Of a stretch of 64,000 bases of DNA, positions 29,191 to 40,800 are shown piece after piece. The notes below the pieces were generated by a model that was given only the letters and a program-made list of their open reading frames with translations, made no database searches and was not told the DNA's origin. A program made the position numbers and the translations under genes. The stretch is from contig OZ245742.1 of NCBI GenBank assembly GCA_965227295.1, forward strand, positions 4,864,001-4,928,000, in the 5' to 3' direction. Each line of letters opens with the position of its first letter. The stretch's first letter is position 1. The DNA is from Leptonemataceae bacterium (GTDB taxonomy: Bacteria > Spirochaetota > Leptospiria > Leptospirales > Leptonemataceae).

Positions 29191-32100
29191 TCAGTTCTCA
29201 AACATTTCGAGTTCTTTCTCGAGCAGGGCTTCCGCATCTTCATCGGAAAGAGAGTCCAGTTCGTTTTGATCCAGAACCTTCTCTGAGGAACCGGATGCGC
29301 GACGAGCCGCAACCGGTTCTTCCGTCGTTGGGGCCGTTACTTCGCCCGCCCCGTCGAGGGGAATGCCCATCTCCGATGCCAGGTGCGGCCCCATCAGCGC
29401 GATAGTAGGGTACGCCCAGGCCAGGGTGGCCGGCAGTGTAAGACCCGTAGCCGCCTGCAGGCGGTTACGCAATTCCAGCGCCATCAACGAATCCAGTCCG
29501 AAGGAACCCAGGGGTTGATTGACGTCGACGTCTTCGGGTGACAGGCGGAGCACCTGCGCCGTAATATTCTGCAGGTAACTCAAGATCAGCGTCACACGCT
29601 CTTTGCCGTCTTCTACGGCCATCAGCTCTTCCCGCAGGTTGACGCCTTCGCCTTCGCCGGCCACTGCTTCCGCCGTGATGTTTTCCTGCTTTGAGAGTTC
29701 GTCGTAAAGCGGAGTTTCCGCGGCACTCTTGTAGTTCTGAAACCACTTCTTCAGATTCAGCGGCATCACAACGGCGCGCGCTCGGTCGGCCTTCAGCAAG
29801 AAGTCGAGGGATTTCACCCCGGCCTTCAAAGAGAGCGGCGTGAGGCCACGGGCTTCCAGGCGATCGCCGCGCACGCCTTCGGCCGCGGCCAGGCCCACCT
29901 CCGCCCAGGTCCCCCAGTTCACACTGAGACCGGGACGTCCTTCCGAACGCATGCGGTTGGCGAGTGCGTCCATAAAGGCGTTCGAAGCCGCGTAGTTACC
30001 CTGACCGACGGTTCCGAGGATCGCTGAAGCCGAAGAAAACAGGACGAAAAAGTCGAGATTCACGTCCTTTGTCTTTTCGTATAACATCCAGGCGCCGCGG
30101 ACTTTAGGAGCCATGACGCTCTCAAAGTGTTTTGCGGTCATTTGCAGGAGCGTGCTGTCATCGAGTATGCCGGCAGAGTGAATGATACCTTTCAATTCCG
30201 GCAGAGACTTCAGCTCGCCAAACATACGATCCACATCGTCCGCCTGCGCGATGTCGCCCTTCGCGATCGTAACCTTCGCGCCGAAGCTTTCGATTTCGGA
30301 AATCTGCTCGCGCACTTCGGGCTTCGGATCGCTCCGTCCCGTCAGAACGATGTGACCGCCGCCGCTTTCGGCGATCCAGCGGGCGAAGGTCAGGCCGAGG
30401 CCGCCCATCCCGCCGGTGATCAAATACGTGCCGTTCTTCTTGAGTTCATACGGTCCGCGCGCGCTCTCCTGCTGAACCTTGTGTTTTGAAACTCGAATGA
30501 GGCGAGCACACAGCCGCTCCCGCCCCCGCAGGGCCACGCGATTCTCCGAAGAACCGGAGAGGAGTTCCCCGGCGAGGATACGGGCCTCCTGGGCATCCGC
30601 GTTGCCGAGGTCCACGGCGCTGCAATGAAATTCTTCGTGTTCGTTGATGGCTACGGAAACGAGCCCCCAGACCGCCGCCTGCTCGGGATGAATCTTTTCA
30701 TCCGATTTACCGGTCGCCTGGGCGTTGCGGGTCGCAACCCACAGTCGCGGCTGAAGACTGAAGCCGGCCTGCAGAAATGCCTGCATTACATAGACCACGC
30801 TCACGGTCGTCGCCGGTCGGGCGGCCTCAATCTCGGCCACGGTAGGCGCTTCGTAGGTGTGCGGCAGACTCCAGGCATGCAGCACGCCGACCGGGGGGCC
30901 ATCCGGAAAGGCTTCAGCGACCAGCTTCGCGAAATCCTCGGGGTTGGCCGGGTTCACGGTGTAGCCGTCGCCGTTTTTCGCATAGCCGTCTCCGGCCGTT
31001 ACCGTGACAACATCGGCACCGCGCTTCTCCATCTCCCCGCGTAAGACCGCATCAAACTCGTCTCCGTTTCCGAGGACCAGCCAGGTTCCCTTCACGGCCG
31101 CGGCCTTCTTCGGATCCTCCGCAAGTGTTACGGTTTCCCAGTCAAACTCGTAAACGATGTCGCCCAGTCTTTGTTCGGAACGCAGCAGGCCTTCCACCGG
31201 CGTACGCTTAAGGTTGAAGTCCTGCGCCTCCAACAGCACACGACCTTCATCGTTGAACATTACGAGATCGCCACCGAACAGTTCCTTGTTTTCCCTCGAA
31301 CCGGTTTTCAGCTTGTAGTAACACCAGATGCCTTCCGACGGCGGAACCTCATAGAACCGCAGGTTGCCGGCACTGAACGGAACGTATAGAACGCCTTCCT
31401 CTTTGATCCATGGAACGCCACCCGGAATACCGTTACACCCGTGCTGGAAAAGCGAGTCCATGAGACCAGGATGAATTTGGTACACTTCGAGGTCCGGGAT
31501 CGATTCAGGATTCTGAACCTTCAGTTTGCACAGTGCTTCGCCGTCCCGGCGCCACACATCATCGATCCATTCGAAGGACGGACCAAGTTCGTAGCGCGCG
31601 GCAAAGAACCAATCCTGGAACTCGCGGCCGGTCAATCGTTCACTGCATCGTTCTTTAATCGCGTCCAGATCGAGGCCGAAATCGGAGATGTGCTTACGTT
31701 CATCCGTATCTTCCAGACGGTAGGTGGCCATCGCATGATGAGTCCAGTCTCCCTCCGGCCCGTCTTCCTGCGAAATGCTGTAGATGTTCACGTTCCCGGC
31801 GTGGCTGCCTTCCGCTCCCGGCTCATAGATGAGATGGGTCATGCGGGTTTCGTCGAAACCAATGACATTCGCCTGCAAAAAGGAAATGTTGTTGAGCGTC
31901 ACAGTGTCGCGCCCAAATCCTTCGCGAATTCCGCTCAACATAAAGGAGATATTGCAGGCTCCCGGAACAACGAGCGCGCCACCGATGATGTGATCTCGAT
32001 ACGCGGGCTTATCGGGAGTAAACGGTGATTCAAATTCGACCGTCTTCCGTACGGGTGACGATCTACGAAAACCGAGGAAGGGATGTTCGTCCGGCGCCAG

Positions 32101-34887
32101 AAAGTGCGCCGTCTGACTCTCGCTCTCATCGATCCAGTAGCTCTTTCGGTTCCACTGATACGTCGGCAGGATGTCCGTATAGTTCGCGCCGTTCGGATAC
32201 ATTTTGTGAAAGTCCACATCGTAACCGGCCGCCCATAGTCCACCGAACGTGCTCACGAGAAACGGAATGCGCTGGCCATCCGGAACGTCCCGACGCAAAG
32301 ACGCGAGCACGGAGCCGCTGGCTTCCCGGGCCTGCATACACTGCTCCACGGATTGCGAGAGGGCGGGGTGCGGAGCAATTTCGACGAAGACATCGAAGTT
32401 TTCGTCCAGGAGTTGATTGATCGTCGTGGAAAAGAGTACCGGTTGGCGGATGTTCGTGGCCCAGTAGTCGGCTCCGAGCTTTGAGCCATCCGTGTATTTT
32501 CCGTATACGGTCGAATAAAACGGCGCGTCCCCTTCTTTCGGCTGAAGGCCCTGGAGCGAATCCCGGAACTCATCCTGGATGACCTCCATCTGCGGGCTGT
32601 GCGAGGCGAAGTCCACCGATTCCAGGACCTTGAAGAACACGTTATCCTTCTCGAACTTCGCGGTTACTTCTTTCAGAGCCGCGACATCGCCGGAAATCAC
32701 GGTGTTGCCGGGACTATTATTGGCGGCGACACTGAGCTTCGTTTCGTATCCGCGCAGATACTGCTCGGTCTTCTCCAGGGAGAGATCCACGAAGGCCATC
32801 TTGCCTTTGCCGCCGGTAAGTCCCTGAATCAAACGCCCGCGGTGATAGATGACCCGCATCGTATCTTCGATGCTGAGCGCTCCGGCCACACATGCCGCAG
32901 AGACTTCCCCCATGCTGTGACCGACTACCGCATCGGGCACGATTCCCCGGGACCGCCAGACCGCGGCCAGGGCGATCTGCACGGCACACAGTCCAGGCTG
33001 TGTATATTCGGTTCGGTCCATGTTCGCGCTGCCTTCGCGCAGTTCTTTCAGGATGGACCAGCCGGCAATTTTCTGTAATGCGACGTCGCACTGCTCCAGG
33101 GTTTCTCGAAAGACTGGTTCTTTGTCCCAGAGTTCTTGCGGCAGCGGCCAGAACTTCGGCCCCTGACCGGAACAGAAGAAGACCAGCTTTCGTTTTCCGG
33201 AAGCGCCCGGAACAATCTTGTGCACCGCCATTCCGAAGCGTTCTTCGTCGGCCGCATAAGCCTCGAGTTTTTCGGCCAACTCCTGTCCGGAGAAACCGGC
33301 CACAGCCAGGCGGATATCGTGGTACGAGCGATGCAAACTCGCCGAGTAGCAGATGTCGCGCAGTACGGCCGGATCCGAACTCTCGCGCACGAGCGTAGCA
33401 TATTTCTTCGCGAGGCGTTGCAGCGATTCTTTGCTGCGCGCGGAGATCGGCAGAAGATAGCAGTACTCCGCTCCCGGCGCGGGAATGGCCTTTTGAACGA
33501 CCGGCGGAGCTTCTTCTACAATTACATGGCTATTGGTACCGCTGATACCGAAAGAGCTGATCGCTGCGCGACGGATCCCGTCCTGGCTTTGCGGCTCCCA
33601 CGGAGTGAGTTGCGTAAGAACCGTGGCCTTAATGTTATCCAGCTCGATGTGCGGGTTCGGCTTCTGAAAATGCAGGTTTGCCGGAATCTTCTGATTACGC
33701 ATGGCCAGGACGGCCTTCATGAGACCGGCGATGCCGGCGGCCGCTTCGAGGTGCCCCATATTGGTTTTAACGGAACCAAGGACGAACGGCTTCTGCCGCT
33801 GCTTGCCGTAGACGGCGCCGAGGGCATTCGCTTCAATAGGATCGCCCAGCGGAGTACCGGTGCCATGGCATTCTACATAACTCACATCCTGCGAATCGAG
33901 ATCAGCAAACTCCAGCGCTTCCCGAATGAGCCGCTGCTGGGAAACCCCGTTCGGCACCGTCAGTCCACTCGCCGGCCCATCATGATTCACGGAAGAACCG
34001 CGAATCACAGCGAGCACACGATCGCCGTCGCGCTCGGCATCGCTCAGTCGCTTGAGGGCGATCATGCCGGCGCCTTCGCCGCGGACATATCCGTTGGCAG
34101 AAGCATCAAAGGTGGCGCATCGGCCGTCGGGTGAAAGAGCATGGGCCCGGGTCAGGAACATGTGCATGGACGGTGCCAGCATCAGGTGAGCACCGCCCGC
34201 CAGGGCAAGATTGCATTCGCCGAGGCGCAGGCTCTGACACGCCACGTGGACTGCTGTCAGCGAAGAGGCACAACCGACATCGATGGAGTAGTTCGGGCCC
34301 TGCAAACCGAGGACGTAAGAGATACGACCGCCCGCAACACAGAAGAGGTTACCGGTTCCCGTATAGGTATCTATGTTCGTGTAGCGCTGAGGGTTCATGG
34401 CCCGAAGCTTGTAGTCGTCAATCCCGATACCCACGACAACGCCGGTCTTACTGTTTACGAGTTCCTCGGTGCGAATGCCCGCGTGTTCCAGGGCCTCCCA
34501 TGCAACTTCCAAAAGGACGCGCTGCTGCGGATCCATGGTATCGGCTTCCCGGGGCGAAATGCCGAAGAACTGCGCGTCGAATTGATCCACCGGCTCTTCC
34601 AGGAAACCACCGACTCTTGTGTGAATCTTCCCGGCTCGATCTTGATCCTGATCAAAAAATTCGTCCGCGTCCCAGCGCTGCGTCGGAACATCGCGGATGG
34701 CGTTACGCCCTTCACTCAGAAGATCCCAATAGCTTTCCGGATCGTTGGCCCCACCGGGATACCGCAGCCCCATACCGATGATCGCGATCGGCTCGCGCAT
34801 GCGGTACTCGTAACTCTCGAGTTCCGAACGCATGTGCTGAATTGCCGCGAGGGCTTGTTTAACGGCTGAATTTGAATTTGCACTCAT
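29191..34887 (-). CDS. Type I modular PKS: KS-AT-DH-KR-ACP
   Basis: KS DVGCASS/ECHGTGT/NMGHLE; AT GHSMG...FASHS (methylmalonyl-like); DH HIIGGALVVP and HPGLMD; KR TGGMGGLG, LDD, YAASN; ACP GLDSL. Confidence 0.95.
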   Translation of the reverse strand: MSANSNSAVKQALAAIQHMRSELESYEYRMREPIAIIGMGLRYPGGANDPESYWDLLSEGRNAIRDVPTQRWDADEFFDQDQDRAGKIHTRVGGFLEEPVDQFDAQFFGISPREADTMDPQQRVLLEVAWEALEHAGIRTEELVNSKTGVVVGIGIDDYKLRAMNPQRYTNIDTYTGTGNLFCVAGGRISYVLGLQGPNYSIDVGCASSLTAVHVACQSLRLGECNLALAGGAHLMLAPSMHMFLTRAHALSPDGRCATFDASANGYVRGEGAGMIALKRLSDAERDGDRVLAVIRGSSVNHDGPASGLTVPNGVSQQRLIREALEFADLDSQDVSYVECHGTGTPLGDPIEANALGAVYGKQRQKPFVLGSVKTNMGHLEAAAGIAGLMKAVLAMRNQKIPANLHFQKPNPHIELDNIKATVLTQLTPWEPQSQDGIRRAAISSFGISGTNSHVIVEEAPPVVQKAIPAPGAEYCYLLPISARSKESLQRLAKKYATLVRESSDPAVLRDICYSASLHRSYHDIRLAVAGFSGQELAEKLEAYAADEERFGMAVHKIVPGASGKRKLVFFCSGQGPKFWPLPQELWDKEPVFRETLEQCDVALQKIAGWSILKELREGSANMDRTEYTQPGLCAVQIALAAVWRSRGIVPDAVVGHSMGEVSAACVAGALSIEDTMRVIYHRGRLIQGLTGGKGKMAFVDLSLEKTEQYLRGYETKLSVAANNSPGNTVISGDVAALKEVTAKFEKDNVFFKVLESVDFASHSPQMEVIQDEFRDSLQGLQPKEGDAPFYSTVYGKYTDGSKLGADYWATNIRQPVLFSTTINQLLDENFDVFVEIAPHPALSQSVEQCMQAREASGSVLASLRRDVPDGQRIPFLVSTFGGLWAAGYDVDFHKMYPNGANYTDILPTYQWNRKSYWIDESESQTAHFLAPDEHPFLGFRRSSPVRKTVEFESPFTPDKPAYRDHIIGGALVVPGACNISFMLSGIREGFGRDTVTLNNISFLQANVIGFDETRMTHLIYEPGAEGSHAGNVNIYSISQEDGPEGDWTHHAMATYRLEDTDERKHISDFGLDLDAIKERCSERLTGREFQDWFFAARYELGPSFEWIDDVWRRDGEALCKLKVQNPESIPDLEVYQIHPGLMDSLFQHGCNGIPGGVPWIKEEGVLYVPFSAGNLRFYEVPPSEGIWCYYKLKTGSRENKELFGGDLVMFNDEGRVLLEAQDFNLKRTPVEGLLRSEQRLGDIVYEFDWETVTLAEDPKKAAAVKGTWLVLGNGDEFDAVLRGEMEKRGADVVTVTAGDGYAKNGDGYTVNPANPEDFAKLVAEAFPDGPPVGVLHAWSLPHTYEAPTVAEIEAARPATTVSVVYVMQAFLQAGFSLQPRLWVATRNAQATGKSDEKIHPEQAAVWGLVSVAINEHEEFHCSAVDLGNADAQEARILAGELLSGSSENRVALRGRERLCARLIRVSKHKVQQESARGPYELKKNGTYLITGGMGGLGLTFARWIAESGGGHIVLTGRSDPKPEVREQISEIESFGAKVTIAKGDIAQADDVDRMFGELKSLPELKGIIHSAGILDDSTLLQMTAKHFESVMAPKVRGAWMLYEKTKDVNLDFFVLFSSASAILGTVGQGNYAASNAFMDALANRMRSEGRPGLSVNWGTWAEVGLAAAEGVRGDRLEARGLTPLSLKAGVKSLDFLLKADRARAVVMPLNLKKWFQNYKSAAETPLYDELSKQENITAEAVAGEGEGVNLREELMAVEDGKERVTLILSYLQNITAQVLRLSPEDVDVNQPLGSFGLDSLMALELRNRLQAATGLTLPATLAWAYPTIALMGPHLASEMGIPLDGAGEVTAPTTEEPVAARRASGSSEKVLDQNELDSLSDEDAEALLEKELEMFEN

Positions 34888-37800
34888 TGGGATTTCCTTT
34901 GTCCAAAAATTTTCAGTTCTGCTTGCAATAGTTGTTCGGCTTCATCGTCGGAGATAGAATCCAGTTGATCGGCGGAAAGCACGCCGGGTTTCCCGTTTTC
35001 GCTCCCGCCCGAACTGCCATTCGAATTCACTTCCGCCGACGGCGCCGCGGGTTTAACATCTGAAGTTTGTACATTAACGTCCGAGGCCTTCGATTCCGGA
35101 CGAGGGGGCGCGGTATTCGGAGCCGGTGCGGCAACCGGATTCGCGACGCTTTTCGCCTGCGGCCGCGCCGGTCGCCGGCGTTGTCCCGACTGCCGCGCCT
35201 TAAAGATATCAAGTTCGGCGAGGAGCATGGACTCGGCGTCTTCCTCGGACAGGGCGTCCACGTCTTCTCCGCGCAGAACCTCCGCCGCCGGGGAGGCCGG
35301 CAACGCGGGCGCAGCCACCAGGGCCGGGGCCTCCTCCGGGTCGGATGCGGCGCCTTCTGACTCGGGGCCGGGCAAGGTGAGCGCCTGTTCCAGGAGAAAG
35401 GTCGTCAGGGTATTCAGGTTGGGATAGTCGAAGGCCAGGGTCGACGGCAACGTCGTATCGAGTCCCTGCTGCAGGCGATTGCGAAACTCCACGGTCATCA
35501 GGGAGTCCATGCCGACGTCTTTAAAGCCCTTAGACGGATCCACGGGCTGATTGGGCTTCATGCCGAGAATCTGCCGCACTTGATCACGCAGATAACCGAG
35601 CAAGACTTCTTCGCGACGGTTGACGGGAGTGGACGCCAGGCTGTCCAAAATGCCCGCCGTAGACCCGGCGCCGCCCGCACCGGACTCCCCGCCGATTTCC
35701 GAAATTAGTTCGGAGAGATAGCCGGGAACGATACCGCCAGGAAGCATCTGCGCGAAGGTATCCCACTGCACGTGAATGACGCCGGCTTCCGCGGCCCCCG
35801 AATGGAGCAGATGCTCAAAGGCCTGCCAGCCGAGTTCGGGCGGCATAAAGCTCGTCCCTGTACGACGCAGGCGCGTACCTTCCTCGCTCGCAGCCAGATC
35901 GGCCACCATACCAATTTGCGCCCACGGTCCCCAATGAATACTGAGGCCCGGCAGTCCCATGCTACGGCGTTGATGAGCCAGCGCGTCCATAAAGGCATTG
36001 GCCGCGCTGTAGTTACTCTGAGCGGGAAGCCCGAGCAACGAAGCGATCGAAGAAAAGAAGACGAAGAAATCCAGTGACCGCCCCACGGTCATCTCGTGAA
36101 GTGCCTGTGAACCCGCGACCTTCGCCTGCATCACTTTTGCGTAGCGCTCCCAGGTTTGATCGCGAAAGAGACCGTCGTCGATGACACCGGCAGCATGAAC
36201 AATGCCGCGCAGGGCCGGCATGCCGGCATCCATGCTCGCGAGAATCTTGCGAACGTCTTCCGTCTGCGATACATCACCGCGCAGAACCTGAACGCGTGCG
36301 CCCGTTTCTTCTTCGATCGCACGGATCTTTTCTTTTACTTCTTCCCGGGGTTCCCGGCGCCCGGTGAGTACGATATTGCCCGCGCCTGACGAGGCCAGGC
36401 GTCGCGCAAAGAACAGACCCAGATCTCCGAGACCGCCGGTGATCAGGTAGGTTCCGTCCTCGCGGAAGCCCTCGAAGGTCTGAGCTGCAACCCTGGCTTG
36501 CTCATGGGAGACCACCAGCTTGCCGATGTGTTTGCCCCGGGCCATCTGGCGGAACGCATCGCGGACATGGGCGAAATCAAATTGCGTGAGCGGTTCTGTC
36601 GCAAGGTTGCCGTTTTCAAATTCCTCGCTCAAATGCAAGAGCATGGACTGAATCAGATCCGGTGTTTTGTGCGCAACGTCCATGAGATCGATGACGAAGT
36701 ACGAGACGCCCTTCTTGATGGCGGCGACGTCCTTGGCACTGAAAATATCCTTCTTGCCGATCTCCAAAAAGCGGCCGTTCTTGCGCAGAATTTCGATACC
36801 TTTTGGAATGAACTCGCCGGATAGCGAATTGAGGACGATGTCGATTCCTTCGCCGTTAGTGAGTTCCATGATCCGGGTCGCGAAGTCCGTGGAGCGAGAG
36901 TCAAAGATGCAGTCGGGCTCGACACCTATGGATTCGAGGTACTGACGTTTTTCGTCCGTACTGACCGTCGCGAAGATCTTCGCACCTTCCATGCGCGCCA
37001 CCTGGATCGCGGCCAGGCCGACCCCACCGGCCGCCGAATGAATCAAAATCCGATCGTCACCGGAAATTCGTGCCAGGTGATTTAGCGCGTAGTAACAAGT
37101 CAGAAAGACCAGCGGTACACCGGCGGCCGCTTCCAAATTCAACGTAGACGGTTTCCGGATGACCAGGTCCGCGGGAGTAACGACATAGGATGCGAAGCCC
37201 GGCTCCACACAGAGTCCCATCACCTGGTCGCCGACGCTCAGATCGATTACGTTCTCACCGACACTCGCAATACGACCGGCACACTCAATCCCGAACGGTA
37301 CGGGTCCTTCCGGATACATGTCCAGGGCGGAGAGCACGTCCCGGAAATTAAGTCCGGTGTATGCAACTTCGATCTCGACCTCGTCCGGTCCCGGCATTCG
37401 TCGCTGGAGCGGATGAACCGTAAGATTGTCTATCAATCCCCGACCGGTGGTTTCCAGAACGACCGGTTCCCGCGTCGCAGATGTCCGGCCGCCACTATCG
37501 CGCGCGACGGCTTTGCGATCCAGGCGTTGCACGTAACGGAGCCCTCCGCGGTACCCAACCTGGGAATCGCCTCCGGATGAGATCAGTTCTTCGAGAATGA
37601 GCCGGGCTCCGGCGACCGGCTCTTCGCGCGGGTCCAGGTCAAGACGCAGGGGGCGCCACTGCGGAAACTCCGATGCAATGACCGAGCCCATGCCCCAGAG
37701 TGTCGCGGCATGATAGTCCGGAACGGCTTCGGTGTGTACCGGCTGGGCGCCCCGGGTAACAATCATCAGACGAGCGTCTACGTCATACTCTGCCATGTTC

Positions 37801-40800
37801 TGCACGAGAGTGATGAGATCCTTACACAACGCTTCCTGGCGCGCCAGGTCCGTACTTTCGTCGCGTTCCGATAGGCCGCGTAAATATACAATACCGAAGG
37901 AGCCGCCGCGCGCGAGGTATGTTCGTGCAAGATCGATGGAACTGATCATTTGTATTTCGGTTCCGTCTTGCCCCAGCACACCGGCTACGGCTTCATCCAC
38001 CGCAGATGTCCCGGAACCGATGACGAGATAACCGTCGTAGGTCCCGGTCTGATGCTCGGGCCGTAGCGAAGCTTCCACCCACTTCGGTTCGTAGAGCCAG
38101 TCCCGAATGCCCTTCGGCGAAACGAGCATAAGATCCGGATGGCTCATGGCACGGAAGCGGAGATGACTCATTTCAATCAACACGGTACCATCGGCCCCAT
38201 AGAATCGGAGCGAGCCGTTCAGGTTCTGCCCGGTGGAGGCGTCCAGGCGGGCCTCAAGCCACGCCACGGAAGCTTTTTGCCAGCGACTGACCAGGCGTAT
38301 GCGATCAATGCTGCACGGTGTGTAGAGATGACCGGGAGCGGCATCTTCCCGGAACAGTGCCTGGAACAGAGCAAAGCCGAACGAGAACACCGTGGCGTCC
38401 GGCAAAGCCCCCGGTTCGAGTGAGGCGATGGCCTCCGCGTCTTTGGTGCGGATCTCTGTGACGGCAGCACGCATGCCTTCTTCGAAATGAACACCCGCGT
38501 CGGCCAGAGTATCGTAAAAATCGTTCGGCGCTATGGATTGCGAAAAGCCGCGAAACTTCGGTGCGATGTCTTCATCACGAACAGTTCCGGGAATCTCCAG
38601 CGATACCTTTCCATATAAATGGCGACGCCATTCGCCCCCGTCTTCACTTTCGATACGATCATATGCCCGAAAATCGTTCGCGGACAGCAGTAATTGAATC
38701 TCCACGGCTTCATCATCAAACAAGCCGACAGGCCGTTCGATCTGTAGATCCCGCAGAACCAGGGTCTTGTTGCTATCCTGTACGGTGCGCAGGTGCTCAT
38801 CCACTGCCAGTAGTGTCGCTTCCAGCGAGTCACCGGGCGTCAGCGTCATGATTTCAAAGAGGCTGTGTCCGAAGAGCGGAGCCGTATCGTTTTCTCGCAG
38901 CAGCAACGCCTGTACAATCGGTTCAGCGGCGGCAATTCTGCTTTGCAATAAGGGATGCGGCGTATTGCTGAGCGCCCGACCTTCGGCCGCGCCGCGCTTC
39001 GGCGGATCAATCCAGTAGCGCTCGCGTTGCCAGGCGTAGGCCGGGAGTCGCTGCGCGCGACCGCGACCGTCGAAGTAACGTTCCCAATCAATCGTGTAAC
39101 CGAGAGTGAAAAGTTTGCCCAGGTTCCCGAGCAAATGCAGATGCTCCGGTTGTTTGCGATTCAGCGAAGCCACCGTGTGACCCCGGGCCTCGGCGCGTTC
39201 CAGGCATTCGTTCACGTAACCGGAGAGCACCGGATGCGGGCCGATCTCAAGAAAGAGATCGTAGCCGGCGTCGATCAACACGTCGACGGCGGTGACGAAG
39301 AGTACCGAGCCGCGAATGTTCTGCCCCCAGTATTCGGCACCGTAATCTTCGTCGCCGGCAAGTTTACCGGTGACCGTAGAAACGATGGGCGTCTCCGGGG
39401 CCCGGGCCTGCAGTCCGAGCTTCTTCATCTCGGCGCTCATCTTCTCTTTGAACGGTTCCATCTGCGGACTGTGGAAGGCGTAGTTGTTCGGCAGCATCTT
39501 CTGGTAGATGCCGTCCTGTTCGATCTTCGCCAGGATCTCTTCCAGCGCCGCGGTTTCTCCGGAGAGCACGCTGGAGCCCGGCGAGTTCGCGACGCCGATT
39601 TCCACACGGCCCTCGTATCCTGCTAAGTATTTCTCACAAGCTTCTAACGTAAGTTGCACCGCGGCCATCTTACCGAGGCCGGTGGCCTCCTGCATGAGCC
39701 GCCCGCGATGATAGATGACCGTGACCGCATCTTCCAGACTCAGTTTGCCGGAGACGTGGGCGGCGGCCACTTCTCCGACGCTGTGCCCGGTGATGGCATC
39801 CGGCAGAACACCCCAGGACTTCCAGAGTTCGGCCAGGCCCACCTGTAAGGCGAAGATCGCGGGCTGGGCGATTTCGGTGTCCATGATGCGCGAGGCGCCT
39901 TCGTCTTTGTTCAGTTCGTCCAGGAGCGACCAGGTATCGTGGCCGGCCTTCTTTTGTGCCTGCTGCAAGAGCGCGTCGATCTCTTCGATCTTATTGCGAT
40001 AGATCGGCTCACGTTCGAAGAGTTCCCGGCCCATGGCGTACCACTGCGGACCCTGACCGGAAAACACAAAGGCCACTCGCGGACGACCATCGTGGAGGCG
40101 CAGCGGATTCAGCGATGAATCCCGGCGCAGGCGATCGAGGTCCACCTCCACGCCGCCGGAGGCCAGCTTCGACAGGGCGCGTTCGAGGGCAGCGGCCTCA
40201 TCACTTTCGGAACGCAAAGTGCTCGCCGCGACGCCTTTGGCCTGGTGTTCACTCAGACACTCTTCAATAGAACGTTCCACGATGGCGTGGGGCGAGACTT
40301 CCAGAAAAGCATCCACGTGATCGTCGACGATGGCATCCACCGCACTCTTAAACAGGACCGGCTCGCGGATGTTGTCCCACCAGTAACCGGCATCCAGGCG
40401 ATGGCCGTCATAGGCCATGCCCAACGTCGCCGAATAAAACGGAATCGCCGCGGACTGGAGCGAGAGATCCTTCAGTTGCTCAAGCAAACGATCCTTCAGC
40501 GGGTCCATGAGCGCGCAGTGGACGGCCGCCGGCGTATTCACCCGGCGTGCCAGGATGTCCCGGCCTTCGAGATCCCGAACGACCTCGTCCAGGGCGGTGA
40601 TGTCGCCGGAGAGCACGGTGGACTTCGGACTCGCTTCGATGGCGGCGACGAGTTTCCCGCCGTACTTCTCCACCTCGGCCTCCGCTTCGTGGAACGGCAG
40701 GCCGATCAACGCCATGCCGCCCTGCCCGCTGGTCTCGTGAACGAGTTTGCCCTGGGTAACAATGACCCGCACGGCATCGGCCAGGCTGATGGAGCCCGAG

